Shown here in pieces: positions 1-12,831 of a stretch of 64,000 nt of DNA. The stretch lies in contig JBPCLW010000042.1 in the NCBI GenBank assembly GCA_051002895.1, positions 199,015 through 263,014 of the forward strand, written 5' to 3'. The number at the start of each line of letters is the position of its first letter. The first letter of the stretch is position 1. The position numbers and the translations under genes are program-made. The notes under the pieces are model-generated. The model was not told where the DNA came from and did no database searches. It was given only the letters and a program-made list of their open reading frames with translations. Source of the DNA: Candidatus Dormibacteria bacterium. Lineage in GTDB: Bacteria > Chloroflexota > Dormibacteria > Aeolococcales > Aeolococcaceae.

Positions 1-1
1 T

Positions 2-481
2 CGCATCGATGGCCTTGATGCCGGTTTGCAGCGGGGTGGTCACGCCCTGGCGAAAGAGGACCCCAGGCGCAACGCGCTCGACAGGCATGGTGTCGGCGGT
101 GTCGATCGGTCCCTTGGCGTCGAGCGGCACACCAAGGGGATTGACAACCCGGCCGATCATCTCCTCGCCCGCGGGCACCTCGGCGATGCGCCCCGTGGTG
201 CGCACGGTGTCGCCCTCCTGGAGGTGCTCGAAGGGTCCCATGATGACCGCACCAACGCCGTCCTCACGGAGATCGAGAGCCAGGCCGAGGACCGCCTCAC
301 CATCGGCAGTCGCCGGGAAGTCGAGAAGCTCGCCGGCCATGGCGTTATCAAGCCCATAAATGCGCGCGATCCCGTCGTTGACCGAGGTGATCACACCCTC
401 GTGGGCATCGACGACCGGGGCGTCGAAGGACGCGATGCGCTTCTTGAGGATCTCCCCGATCTCGTCGCTGCGAATGGCCAT
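2..481 (-). CDS. atpA: F1 ATP synthase subunit alpha, N-terminal part (runs off window start)
   Basis: Manual translation MAIRSDEIGEILKKRIASF...DGIARIYGL..AMAGELL...GRVVNPLG.P.D.KGP...PLQTGIKAID; directly follows atpH. Confidence 0.97.
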   Translation of the reverse strand, partial: MAIRSDEIGEILKKRIASFDAPVVDAHEGVITSVNDGIARIYGLDNAMAGELLDFPATADGEAVLGLALDLREDGVGAVIMGPFEHLQEGDTVRTTGRIAEVPAGEEMIGRVVNPLGVPLDAKGPIDTADTMPVERVAPGVLFRQGVTTPLQTGIKAIDA

Positions 482-497
482 GCTTTGTCTTCTCCTC

Positions 498-1022
498 TCA
501 GGCCAGTGCGGCCTGAAGCTGCTGCAGATGGGTGCGCAGGCTGTCATCGATGACGCGGTCACCGATGCGGACGACAAGCCCGCCAAGGATGCCCGGGTCT
601 CTGATGAAAGAGATCAGCGCGGAACTGCCCAACCGTTGGTGCAGGGTCTCGGTAATGTGCGCCTCCAGCTGGTCGTCAACCGGCATGGCCGTGGTCACCT
701 CGATGCGGATGACGCCGCTACGCTGGTCGGTGAGGCCCATGTAAGCCTCGAGGATGTCGCCGATGGTGTGGGCACGGCGCCGCTCTACCAGTAAATGGGC
801 GAGGTTGCGGACCTCCCGAGAAGCGCCGTCGAGGAGGTCGAGAGCGAGGCGGCTCCGCTGTCCCAGCGGCAAGCGGGGATTGCGCAGGGCCAGGGCAACC
901 TCCGGGTTGGCGAGCGTCTCCGCAGCGCGGGCCAGTTCGGTGCCGTACTCATCGACCTTGCCGGCCTCAGCAGCGAGCGCGAAATAGGCCTCGGCGTAGC
1001 GGCGCGCAATCGGCAACGCCAT
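498..1022 (-). CDS. atpH: F1 ATP synthase subunit delta
   Basis: ARRYAEA start, DPGILGGLVVRIGDRVIDDSL C-terminal motif; operon position. Confidence 0.96.
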   Translation of the reverse strand: MALPIARRYAEAYFALAAEAGKVDEYGTELARAAETLANPEVALALRNPRLPLGQRSRLALDLLDGASREVRNLAHLLVERRRAHTIGDILEAYMGLTDQRSGVIRIEVTTAMPVDDQLEAHITETLHQRLGSSALISFIRDPGILGGLVVRIGDRVIDDSLRTHLQQLQAALA

Positions 1023-1528
1023 CAGTTCGCCCCTCCCCGATCCTGGGGAAGCTGATCAAGAGAACGCTCCACGAGAGCTCGCTGCCCGTCACGATCGAGG
1101 GACTGGGAGAGCACGCGCCCAGCGGCGTCAACCACCACAGCGCTGGTCTCACGGCGCAGGTCACTGATGGCGCGATCGCGCTCGGCACTGATGTCCTCAC
1201 GTGCCCGCGCCAGCAGCGCGGCGCAATCATCCTGCCCACGGCGCCGCACATCCTCGGCCTCAGCAGTCGCCTCGGTGTGAGCGCGGGCGAGGATCGCATC
1301 CGCCTGATCATGGGCCGCCTGGATCTGCCCCTCGACCTGCTTCTGCACCTCGGCGAGCCGTGTCGTCGCCTCCCGGGAGGCGGTCAGTTGCGTCTCGATG
1401 AGGGTGCGCCGGTCCGCCATGTTCTGCTTGGCAAAGGGCACCAAACCACGAGCCTTGTAGACGAGCAAAGCCCAGATCCCGGCCCCCACCAGCAGCGCTC
1501 CCACGGCATAGATGGCGTCGAGGCTCAT
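1022..1528 (-). CDS. atpF: F0 ATP synthase subunit b
   Basis: N-terminal TM helix plus Ala/Arg/Glu coiled coil; between second b-type gene and delta. Confidence 0.88.
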   Translation of the reverse strand: MSLDAIYAVGALLVGAGIWALLVYKARGLVPFAKQNMADRRTLIETQLTASREATTRLAEVQKQVEGQIQAAHDQADAILARAHTEATAEAEDVRRRGQDDCAALLARAREDISAERDRAISDLRRETSAVVVDAAGRVLSQSLDRDGQRALVERSLDQLPQDRGGAN

Positions 1529-2040
1529 GAGCCCAGCACCGCCGACACCGCTGTGTTGTCCACAGCCACACCAGGGCCGAGCCGCAGCGTCACCGCCACG
1601 ACAAGGTCAACGGTCTGCTCGCGTAACTGCCGCAGTGCTGCCTGGCGCTCAGCGGCGATCTCGGCGAGCGCCCCCCCCACGATCTCGCCCGCCTGACGCC
1701 GGGCATCGAAGCGAGCCGCCTCGGCCTCCGCCACCGCTGCCCGCCGAGCCTCCCCCACCGTTGTCCGGGCCCGCTCACGGGCCTCGCCGAGCATGCGCTC
1801 CACCTCGGCGACGACGTGGCTGAGTTGTTCCTCGGTCATTGCTCCCGCCCGCGTACCCTCGGCGATCCGTCGCTCCCGGTCCTCGATGACCCCCACGATC
1901 GGCTTCCAGACCAGGAACCAGAGCAGGGTCGCGGTGACGATGAAGATGCCCAGTTGGATCAGCAGCGTGAGGTTGAAGTCGAGCAGACCGGAGCACTGCT
2001 GTTCCGGGTTGCTCTTGCAGGCGAGAGCGAGGAGAGGCAA
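1525..2040 (-). CDS. atpF: F0 ATP synthase subunit b/b' (second b-type subunit)
   Basis: FNLTLLIQ..IF..L.FLVWKPI..VIEDRERRI motif then coiled coil. Confidence 0.88.
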   Translation of the reverse strand: MPLLALACKSNPEQQCSGLLDFNLTLLIQLGIFIVTATLLWFLVWKPIVGVIEDRERRIAEGTRAGAMTEEQLSHVVAEVERMLGEARERARTTVGEARRAAVAEAEAARFDARRQAGEIVGGALAEIAAERQAALRQLREQTVDLVVAVTLRLGPGVAVDNTAVSAVLGS

Positions 2041-2046
2041 GCCAGG

Positions 2047-3131
<1,085 letters not shown>

Positions 3132-3145
<14 letters not shown>

Positions 3146-3536
3146 GGGTAGCCTCCGCGGCGACCTGACGGGCGCCGATGACCGCGACCCCGCCCAGCGA
3201 GACCGGGAAGAGCAGGAACCCGGCCACCACGGAGAGCGGCTGCAGGCCGCGTGCGGCCATGAGCAGGCCAAGAAGGCTACCGATGACGGCGAATCGGCTG
3301 ATGAGCATCGAGGTGAGCGGACCGGGCGCGTCGTCCCGCCTCCGCCGTGCGTAGCGGGTCAAGGCGCGTCTCAACAGCAGCACATCGGCGACTCCGAGAG
3401 CGGCACCAACGAGAATGCCAGGAGCGCCGGAGACGTGTCCGGAGAGCGCGAGGATGAGGGCGATCGTGACAGCCGCACTGGCCGTGACGGCTACCGTCGC
3501 CGCTGCGAGCTGGCGGTGGTCGTCGAGGACGGTCAT
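3132..3536 (-). CDS. atpI: ATP synthase subunit I-like membrane protein
   Basis: About four hydrophobic helices, immediately upstream of atpB. Confidence 0.75.
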
Positions 3537-3564
3537 GAACGTGAGCGGTTGGCCCGCACTCCGG

Positions 3565-3786
3565 TCAGCGGTAAACCCGCATGACCATGCGGTACACCCC
3601 AAAGCCTCCAGTGACGAAGCCGACGACGATGCCCGCGACGAGCGGCAGTGCGTTCCCCCCGAGAAGCCGAGACCCCAGAAGCCCGAGCCCCACCCCGACG
3701 ACGATCGACACTGCGAACAACACGCCGATGCCGGTCACCAGGGCCAGCGCCCGAGTTGCCTCCTGGTCGCCTCGTTCCGAGTTCAC
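3565..3786 (-). CDS. AtpZ/AtpI-family small membrane protein
   Basis: Two Gly-rich TM helices, first gene of atp operon; GTG with AAGGGAGG SD. Confidence 0.75.
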   Translation of the reverse strand: MNSERGDQEATRALALVTGIGVLFAVSIVVGVGLGLLGSRLLGGNALPLVAGIVVGFVTGGFGVYRMVMRVYR

Positions 3787-3861
3787 GCGACCTCCCTTGT
3801 CAGGCGGGGCGAGCATAGCAACCCAGGGCGGCTCGCCGTCCAGGAGCCCAATCGATGCTGC

Positions 3862-5034
3862 TCAGTCGCGCTCATCGATGCGCGACGGCCGCGCGGGGAG
3901 GGCCTGATCTAACGAGACCCAAGACTCAGGCTCCTGCTCCTGCTCATGGTCGGCGGCCGCTGGTCGTCCGGCCACGGCGCCGGGTTCAACACGCTTCTGC
4001 CGGCGATGGTTGCGATAGAGGAGCCCGAACACGCCCAGGGCGAGGAGGACGATGGCGACGTCGAGAATCTTGCGATGCCCGAAGATGGCGAGCCCAAGAG
4101 CGCCCAGTACGCCGGTGGCGAGATAGAAGGTGAGCGCCGTCTCCATGGCGCTCATCCCCCGCGCTTTGAGGCGGTGGTGGAGGTGGCCAGCATCGGGAGT
4201 GGCAGGGCTGACGCCAGCTCGGCGCCGCCGGACGATGGCGAATGCCGTATCGCTGATGGGAACCCCCAAGGCGACGATCGGCACGAGAATGGAGAGTCCA
4301 ACGGCGACCTTGGCCACACCGACGATGGTGATGACGGCGAGAGCGACACCAAGGAAGTTGGCGCCGCTGTCTCCCATGAAGACGCGCGCCGGGGGCAGGT
4401 TGAAGACGAGGAATCCCGTGCAGCAGCCCATGAGCGCGCCCGAGAGCACGATGACTCCGCTCTGTACGTCGCCGGGCCCGCTGACGCGGTTGATGGCGGC
4501 GAGCATGGTGATGACTGCCACGATGGCGACAACTCCGGCAGCAACTCCGTCAGACCCGTCGAGGAAGTTGATCGATACCTGCATCCCCGAGACCCAGAGC
4601 ACGGTGGCCGGGAACGCCAGCCAGCCAAGATTCAGGAGATGGCCACCGGGCAGAGCGATGAAGGGAATGTTGATCCCCATCGCAAAGAGCGCCACGCCGG
4701 CACCGGCGATGATGATGAGCTTCTGCCACCAGGGCAGATCGACGACATCGTCGACAGCCATGGCCACGGTCACGGCACCGCAGACGATGAGCAACGGCCA
4801 GCGCGCTGCCACGCCGCCACCGAAGACGAGAACAGCCGTGGCGAATCCCGCGAACATTGCCAGTCCGCCCAGTCTCGGCGTGGGCTGAGCGTGGAGATGG
4901 CGCGCGTCGTCGGGTCGAGCGACCGCCCCCAAGCGCTGGGCCAGCCACATGGAGCCGACGACGCCGGGAATGCACACCACCGATGCCAGGAGGAAGGGCG
5001 GCAGAGCGGGCAGCCAGGCGGCGGTGGCGAGCAC
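3862..5034 (-). CDS. MraY/WecA/TagO-family polyprenyl-phosphate GlcNAc-1-P transferase
   Basis: PTPRLGG, VDD, INFLDGSDG, FNLPPARVFMGDSG, HLHH motifs. Confidence 0.92.
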   Translation of the reverse strand: MLATAAWLPALPPFLLASVVCIPGVVGSMWLAQRLGAVARPDDARHLHAQPTPRLGGLAMFAGFATAVLVFGGGVAARWPLLIVCGAVTVAMAVDDVVDLPWWQKLIIIAGAGVALFAMGINIPFIALPGGHLLNLGWLAFPATVLWVSGMQVSINFLDGSDGVAAGVVAIVAVITMLAAINRVSGPGDVQSGVIVLSGALMGCCTGFLVFNLPPARVFMGDSGANFLGVALAVITIVGVAKVAVGLSILVPIVALGVPISDTAFAIVRRRRAGVSPATPDAGHLHHRLKARGMSAMETALTFYLATGVLGALGLAIFGHRKILDVAIVLLALGVFGLLYRNHRRQKRVEPGAVAGRPAAADHEQEQEPESWVSLDQALPARPSRIDERD

Positions 5035-5049
5035 GGGTCGAGCCGGCGC

Positions 5050-6375
5050 CTACGAGCCCGAGTAGGGAAGCGGGAACCGCCGACACAACTCGCGACTGCG
5101 ACGCCGCACCTCGACACGTACCGCGTTGTCCGAGAACCCGGTCAGCATGCGATGGATGAGGTCGGCGATCTCGTCCATCTCCGCCTCTCGCATGTTTCGG
5201 GTGGTGACCGAGGGTGAGCCGAGGCGCAGTCCGTTGGGATTGAAGGGGCTCCCCCCATGGCCCCGAAAGGCATTCTTGTTCAGGGTGATCCCCACCTCGT
5301 CAAAGACGCTCTGGGTCTCCTTGCCGCGCAGCCCGTGGGGACGCAGGTCGATGAGCATGAGGTGGTTGTCGGTCCCTCCGGTGACAAGCGTCACTCCGCG
5401 CCCGGTGAGACCGGCAGCGAGGGCACGAGCGTTGCTGACCACGCGGGCCGCGTACTCGCGGAACTTCGGCTGGGCGCATAGGTTGAGCATCACCGCCTTG
5501 CCGGCAATGGCGTGATTGAGCGGGCCACCCTGCATGCCAGGGAAGACCGCCCTGTCGATCGCCGAGGCGTGGGCCTCCCGACTGAGGATCATCCCTCCCC
5601 AAGGGCCACGCATCGTCTTGTGGGTGGTCAGGGTGACCACGTCGGCATGGGGCACCGGACTGGGATGGGCGCCACCAGCAACGAGCCCGGCGAAATGGGC
5701 CATGTCGACCATGAGCAATGCCCCGACGGAATCGGCAATGCGACGGAAGGCGGCGAAGTCGAGGATGCGCGGATACGCGGTGTAGCCGGCGACGATCATC
5801 TTGGGACGCGCCTGCTCAGCGCGCCGCGCCACCACGTCCATGTCGATGAGGCCGGTCTGCTCCTCGACGTGATACGCCTCGAAGTTGTAGAGCTTGCCGC
5901 TCAAATTGACTGGGGCACCGTGGGTGAGATGGCCGCCGTCATCGAGCGCCAGCGCCATGACGGTGTCGCCGGGTTGGAGGAGCGCCGTGTAGACGGCGAG
6001 GTTGGCGCTGCTACCGCAGTGCGGCTGAACGTTCACATGCTCGGCACCGAAGAGGGAGCGTGCCCGGGCGATGGCGAGAGTCTCGATCTCGTCGACAACG
6101 TGGCAACCGCCGTAGTAGCGCTTCCCGGGGTAACCCTCAGCGTACTTGTTGTTCAGCCATGACCCCACCGCCTCGAGGATCGCCGGTGACGCGATGTTCT
6201 CCGAGGGGATGAGTTCCAGCGTCTCCTCCTGACGCTCGAGTTCAGCATCGAGAAGTCGCGACACTTCGGGATCGCTGGAGCGCAGTCGTTCCTTGGTCGC
6301 GAACCCACGGGGTTCCTCGAGCACGGCATTGCCTCCTCGTGTCTCCACCGGGACCGCGGTGTGCTGCTCGCTCAT
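5050..6375 (-). CDS. glyA: Serine hydroxymethyltransferase
   Basis: LIPSEN, NKYAEGYPGKRYYGG, TTHKTMRGP PLP lysine; GGAGGAG SD before MSEQH. Confidence 0.98.
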   Translation of the reverse strand: MSEQHTAVPVETRGGNAVLEEPRGFATKERLRSSDPEVSRLLDAELERQEETLELIPSENIASPAILEAVGSWLNNKYAEGYPGKRYYGGCHVVDEIETLAIARARSLFGAEHVNVQPHCGSSANLAVYTALLQPGDTVMALALDDGGHLTHGAPVNLSGKLYNFEAYHVEEQTGLIDMDVVARRAEQARPKMIVAGYTAYPRILDFAAFRRIADSVGALLMVDMAHFAGLVAGGAHPSPVPHADVVTLTTHKTMRGPWGGMILSREAHASAIDRAVFPGMQGGPLNHAIAGKAVMLNLCAQPKFREYAARVVSNARALAAGLTGRGVTLVTGGTDNHLMLIDLRPHGLRGKETQSVFDEVGITLNKNAFRGHGGSPFNPNGLRLGSPSVTTRNMREAEMDEIADLIHRMLTGFSDNAVRVEVRRRSRELCRRFPLPYSGS

Positions 6376-6420
6376 GGCTCCTCCCCTGCTGCGACGCCGG
6401 AACGCCGGCATCGTGGGCCC

Positions 6421-7026
6421 TCAGCCCCCTAGATACGGGGCGAGCTCATCGATGAGGATGAGGCCCTCCCGGAGCACGCGTGGAGGCGTCGACAACGTCT
6501 CGATGATAGTGGACGCCAGGCCAGCCCCGGGTCCACCGTCGAGGAGGGCATCGACGTCAGCGCCGAGAGCCACCCTGGCCTCGTCAGCGGTCGCGGCCGG
6601 GGATTCTCCGTGACGATTTGCGCTGGTGCTCGCCAGCGGACCGGTCATCTCCAATAGCCGGCGCAACAGCGGGTGGGCGGGAACACGCACCATCAGGGTG
6701 GCAGCGCGCCGGGGAATCGCCAGGCGCTTCCCTTTGCCGAGAGGGCAGATGAGAGAGAGCGCCCCCGGCCAGAAGCGCTCGGCCAGGCGCTCGGCGGTGT
6801 CCGACATCCGCACCAGCCCGTGGAGATCAGACCTGGTCCCCGCAAGCAGACTCAGTTCCAGGTCGGGCGGGCGCCGCTTGAGCCCCTCGATGCGCGCCAC
6901 CGCCGCAACGCTGTCGGCGCCGCACGCCAGCCCGTACACAGTGTCCGTGGGAATGATAATCACCCCCCCGGCAGCGACCACGCCTGCCACCCCATCGAGA
7001 GTGTCGACAAGTTCGGGATCGGCCAT
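6421..7026 (-). CDS. tsaC: L-threonylcarbamoyladenylate synthase (YrdC/Sua5 N-domain)
   Basis: PTDTVYGL, K.R, FWPGALS, STSAN motifs. Confidence 0.94.
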   Translation of the reverse strand: MADPELVDTLDGVAGVVAAGGVIIIPTDTVYGLACGADSVAAVARIEGLKRRPPDLELSLLAGTRSDLHGLVRMSDTAERLAERFWPGALSLICPLGKGKRLAIPRRAATLMVRVPAHPLLRRLLEMTGPLASTSANRHGESPAATADEARVALGADVDALLDGGPGAGLASTIIETLSTPPRVLREGLILIDELAPYLGG

Positions 7027-7038
7027 GGACGCTGAAGG

Positions 7039-7902
7039 CTACCCCGGACCAGGCGCCGGCGTGACCTCGACCACCCGCGAGCGACCCGTCAGGTCAGTGG
7101 TGATGGTCACTTCCGATCCCGGCCACCGCGATCCCAGCAGTCCGGCAACGGCGTCGGCCCGGCGGGGATCCACCTCCACACCGAGCCAACTCGGAGTTGC
7201 CACGAGAGATGCCATCAGCGCGCGATAACAGAGGAGACCGTCACTGCCGCCGTCGATGGCGAGCGGGGGCTCGTAGTCGGCCACGTCGCGCTCCAGTTCG
7301 GCCAGTTCGGCAGAGGTCCCGTAGGGAGGGTTGCTGACCACTATGTCCATAACCTCCAGATCGTGCGCCCAGTCTCCGACGCGAACGTCGACGCGGTCCG
7401 CCACACCGTGTGCCCGCGCGTTGGCTGAGGCTACGCTCGCCGCCTCGGAGCTGAGGTCGATCGCCACGACACTAGCCCCAGGGATCTCCGCAGCGATCGT
7501 GACGGCAATGCACCCGCTGCCAGTGCCAAGATCAGCGATCCGCGGGGCCGGCCCGATACTCCGCGCGGCGACCAGAGCCCGCTCCACCAGTGACTCCGTG
7601 TCGGGCCGGGGAATCAGCACATCTCCGCTGACCCGGAAGCTGCGGCTGTGAAACTCCTTCTCGCCGGTAATGTGAGCAATTGGCTCGCCTTTCCCCCGGC
7701 GCCGCAGCAAGTCACGGACCCGGGTCAACTCGGTATCGGTGAGGCGGCGATCGAACTGCAGGTAGACGTCGAGACGCCGCAGTCCCAGGCCGTGCGCGGC
7801 AAGGAGCTCGGCATCGAGGCGCGGTGAATCGCTGCCGTGACTACCGAGATATCCGGTGGAAAGCCGGACCACCTCGATGAGCTCACGTCCCTCCGCTGCC
7901 AT
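7039..7902 (-). CDS. prmC: Release factor glutamine methyltransferase
   Basis: [25 protein letters not shown]; follows prfA. Confidence 0.96.
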   Translation of the reverse strand: MAAEGRELIEVVRLSTGYLGSHGSDSPRLDAELLAAHGLGLRRLDVYLQFDRRLTDTELTRVRDLLRRRGKGEPIAHITGEKEFHSRSFRVSGDVLIPRPDTESLVERALVAARSIGPAPRIADLGTGSGCIAVTIAAEIPGASVVAIDLSSEAASVASANARAHGVADRVDVRVGDWAHDLEVMDIVVSNPPYGTSAELAELERDVADYEPPLAIDGGSDGLLCYRALMASLVATPSWLGVEVDPRRADAVAGLLGSRWPGSEVTITTDLTGRSRVVEVTPAPGPG

Positions 7903-8974
7903 CGGCCTCCAGCAGACGGCGCGCCTGATCCTCCTCGAGCAGCGCGTCGAGGATGGGATCTAGCTCGCCGTCGAGCACCCGGGCGAGCTGGTGGATATCG
8001 AGGCCGATGCGATGGTCGGTAATCCGCGATTGGGGAAAGTTGTAGGTGCGGATCTTCTCGCTGCGGTCACCACTGCCGACCATGGAGCGGCGGGTCGTGC
8101 GCAGGTCCGCCTGGCGCTCCGCCTCGGCCAGATCGAAGAGTCGCGCGCGCAGGACGCGCAGGGCCTTGGCCTTGTTCTTGTGCTGAGACTTCTCGTCCTG
8201 GCAGGTGACCACCAATCCGGTGGGCAGGTGAGTGATCCGCACCGCCGAGTCCGTGGTATTGACACTCTGCCCACCAGGTCCGGTGCTGCGAAAGACGTCG
8301 GTCTTGATGTCGGCCTCGGCGATGTCAACGTCGACCTCGTCCGCCTCAGGGAGGACGACGACGCTCGCCGCAGACGTGTGGATGCGGCCTTGAGACTCCG
8401 TCTCGGGAACGCGCTGTACCCGATGCACCCCGGACTCGAACTTGAGGCGCGAGTAAGCGCCCTGACCATGGACCTCGAAGACGACCTGTTTGAAGCCACG
8501 CGGCCCTGGGCCGCTCGACTCCATGACCTCGATTGGCCAACGCTGGCGCTCTGCGTAGCGACCATACATCCGAAAGAGATCGGCGGCGAAAAGAGCGGCC
8601 TCGTCACCGCCTGTGCCGGCGCGGATCTCGACAACGACGTCGCGATCATCCTTGGGATCACGCGGAAGTAACAGCTTGTGCAGCGCCGCAGCCGCCTCTT
8701 CCTCGACCGCGCGCTGACTGTGCTCCTCCTCCTCGGCGAGGACGACGATCTCTGCCTCGGTCTCACTGCGCGCCATCTCCCCCGCGGTACCCGCGGCTAC
8801 GTGGGCTGAGCGCCAGCGGCGCGCCGTCTCGACCACCTCACGCAGGCGCGCCTGCTCCTGGGAAAGGTCCTGCACATGCTCGCGATCGTCATAGACAGCA
8901 GGATCAGAGAGTTCCTCATCAATCTCCCCGAAGCGTGCCTCGATGGCGTCAAGTCGGTCCTCGAACGTGGCCAT
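7883..8974 (-). CDS. prfA: Peptide chain release factor 1
   Basis: GGQ motif, RVPETE (PxT), IRTYNFPQ. Confidence 0.98.
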   Translation of the reverse strand: MATFEDRLDAIEARFGEIDEELSDPAVYDDREHVQDLSQEQARLREVVETARRWRSAHVAAGTAGEMARSETEAEIVVLAEEEEHSQRAVEEEAAAALHKLLLPRDPKDDRDVVVEIRAGTGGDEAALFAADLFRMYGRYAERQRWPIEVMESSGPGPRGFKQVVFEVHGQGAYSRLKFESGVHRVQRVPETESQGRIHTSAASVVVLPEADEVDVDIAEADIKTDVFRSTGPGGQSVNTTDSAVRITHLPTGLVVTCQDEKSQHKNKAKALRVLRARLFDLAEAERQADLRTTRRSMVGSGDRSEKIRTYNFPQSRITDHRIGLDIHQLARVLDGELDPILDALLEEDQARRLLEADGSGGT

Positions 8975-9018
8975 CTCAGTGCACCGCAGGGGTCAGGAGG
9001 ACGTCGCGAATGCCGGGA

Positions 9019-9234
9019 TCAGGCCTTGGCGCTGGCCTTCTCGGCGCGCCGCCGGAAGCGCTCGACCTGGCCGCCGCTATCGAAAATGCGCTGCGTGCCG
9101 GTGTAGAAGGGATGGCATACCGAGCAAACCTCGGTCTTCAGCGCGGTCAGGACCGACCCGGTGGTAAAGGTGTTGCCGCACAGGCAGGTGACGACAGCGT
9201 CGGTGTGGTACTCAGGGTGAATTGCAGTCTTCAT
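9019..9234 (-). CDS. rpmE: 50S ribosomal protein L31 (Zn-binding form)
   Basis: MK..IHP.Y, CxC and CxxC, HPFYTG. Confidence 0.97.
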   Translation of the reverse strand: MKTAIHPEYHTDAVVTCLCGNTFTTGSVLTALKTEVCSVCHPFYTGTQRIFDSGGQVERFRRRAEKASAKA

Positions 9235-9383
9235 GGCACGATCAAACGGCGGACAGGGGATTCGCCGAGCATATCACCAGGGTCGGCGCCGCTGCGCCAC
9301 CACCATCGGACCCTGCCATGCGGAGCAGCGCGGTGGTCATGGCAATCGTGGCGGGATTGCGAGAGGACGCCCGCTCGGCCGGC

Positions 9384-9938
9384 TCAGGCCCCTGGCCCCG
9401 CGGAGCGTGCTTTCTCGACAGCGGTGAGCGCTTCACGGAGCGAGTCGATCCACTCGCCCTGATGCTTGGCGACGAGCCGCACGCACCAGGCGAGCGCCTC
9501 GGAGCGACTGCGAGCCACACCCGCGTCGATGAGAGTGTCGAGCACATTGCGATCCCCGAGGCGGAGCCGCGTCATCACCGGAACTCCGAGAGTGGTGAAG
9601 TGCTCGGTGATCTCCCCGCAGCGCGCGCCCCATGAGACCTTGCGCCCGAAGAGACGTTGCGCATCCTGGGCGACCCGGATCCGAGCGTCCTTGGTCTCGC
9701 CGCGGTGACGATCAATGCGCGCCGAGCGAGCCGCAGCCCGGGCGGCCTCAGATGCATCTGTCTCGAGTTCGACGTCGGGGAGCGTGCCGACGATCAGGAT
9801 CTCGTCGCGATCACCGGTGACCTCAGGAGCGCTGGTGTAGAGCTCATTGGGCAGGCGTCCGGCAAACCAGCCGCGAATCTCCTCCTCGGTAAACGTGGGT
9901 GGTGCCGTCGGGTGCGGGTCGGGGTGTCGAAACTTCAT
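9384..9938 (-). CDS. Conserved hypothetical protein with C-terminal ribbon-helix-helix-like segment
   Basis: 184 aa ORF; PVMTRLR..DRNVLDTLIDAGVARSRSEALAWCV resembles CopG/RHH pattern. Confidence 0.75.
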   Translation of the reverse strand: MKFRHPDPHPTAPPTFTEEEIRGWFAGRLPNELYTSAPEVTGDRDEILIVGTLPDVELETDASEAARAAARSARIDRHRGETKDARIRVAQDAQRLFGRKVSWGARCGEITEHFTTLGVPVMTRLRLGDRNVLDTLIDAGVARSRSEALAWCVRLVAKHQGEWIDSLREALTAVEKARSAGPGA

Positions 9939-9991
9939 GAATTACATGATTACACACAATCTCCAGGGTGTCGATTCGACCTGTGCAACCA

Positions 9992-11014
9992 CTAGCGCAC
10001 CCTCGACGCCTCGTCGGGGTCGAGGGCGACGTGATGCTTGGTGAGTATCTCGCGCACGGTCCCGCTCTGTGCCCGCATGACCAAGCTGTGGGTCTCCGCC
10101 CACCAGTTGTGATACTGGACGCCTTTCAACAAGCCACCGCCGGTGATGCCCGTCACAGCCACGGAAATTTCCTTGCCGGGGATGAGGTCGGCAATGGGCA
10201 GGGCCGCCTCGGGATCGATGCCAGAGGTGCGTAAGGCCGCTGCCTCGTCCTCGTGGCGGGTCCAGGGGCGACACTGCATCTCGCCGCCGAGGCAGCGGAT
10301 AGCACAGGCCGCGAGAAGGGCCTCGGTGGTTCCCCCAGAGCCGATGAGCACGTCAATCCCGGAACCGGGCCACGCCGTCATCAAAGCGGCACCGACGTCG
10401 CCATCACTGATCAGCGCAAGCCGTGCACCTACGCCGCGCACCCGCTCGAGCAGTGCCTGATGGCGGGGCCGATCGAGCATCACCACGGTGAGATCCTGGA
10501 CCTGGACGTTCATGGCGAAGGCGATGCGGTGGAGATTGTTCTCAGGAGTATCGGTAACGTCGATGGAACCGCGCGCCTGGGGCCCGACGGCGATCTTGTG
10601 GAGATACGCACAGCGAGGCGGTTCGATGATGCCGTCGGGCTCCACGGCGGCGGCGATGGAGAGGGCCTGCGACAGACCCTTGGCCACCAGACTGATGCCG
10701 TCGACGGGAAGGACGGCAAGGTCGATGCGATCGCGCCCCACACCAATGCGTCGTCCCCGAACCAGAGTGCTGTTCGCCGAGTCCGGGCCAATGACGACCT
10801 GGCCATCGAACGGCATACCGAGGAGCGCCTCCTCCATCGCGCGCTGGCCGGCATCACGCGTCCCGGCCTTATCGCCGCGGCCCAGCCACCGGCCGACCGA
10901 CAGCGCCGCAGCCTCGGTGGCACGCAGCAGTTCCAAACCACGATGGCTGTCACGACTGACCCGCGCCGGCGAGAACGCATCGCCGGCGCGCTCGGCGGTA
11001 TCCATCGCCGCCAT
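9992..11014 (-). CDS. glpX: GlpX-family (class II FBPase) protein, metal ligands degenerate
   Basis: ATEAAAL..GRGDK, LDRPRH, ISDGDV, GGTTE, TGIT.G.LL.GV; lacks GEGE and DP.EGT. Confidence 0.85.
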   Translation of the reverse strand: MAAMDTAERAGDAFSPARVSRDSHRGLELLRATEAAALSVGRWLGRGDKAGTRDAGQRAMEEALLGMPFDGQVVIGPDSANSTLVRGRRIGVGRDRIDLAVLPVDGISLVAKGLSQALSIAAAVEPDGIIEPPRCAYLHKIAVGPQARGSIDVTDTPENNLHRIAFAMNVQVQDLTVVMLDRPRHQALLERVRGVGARLALISDGDVGAALMTAWPGSGIDVLIGSGGTTEALLAACAIRCLGGEMQCRPWTRHEDEAAALRTSGIDPEAALPIADLIPGKEISVAVTGITGGGLLKGVQYHNWWAETHSLVMRAQSGTVREILTKHHVALDPDEASRVR

Positions 11015-11024
11015 TATCCGCAGC

Positions 11025-12788
<1,764 letters not shown>

Positions 12789-12831
12789 TCAGCGCACCCC
12801 TGTTCGCCTAAGAGGACGCCGCGGATCCGAG

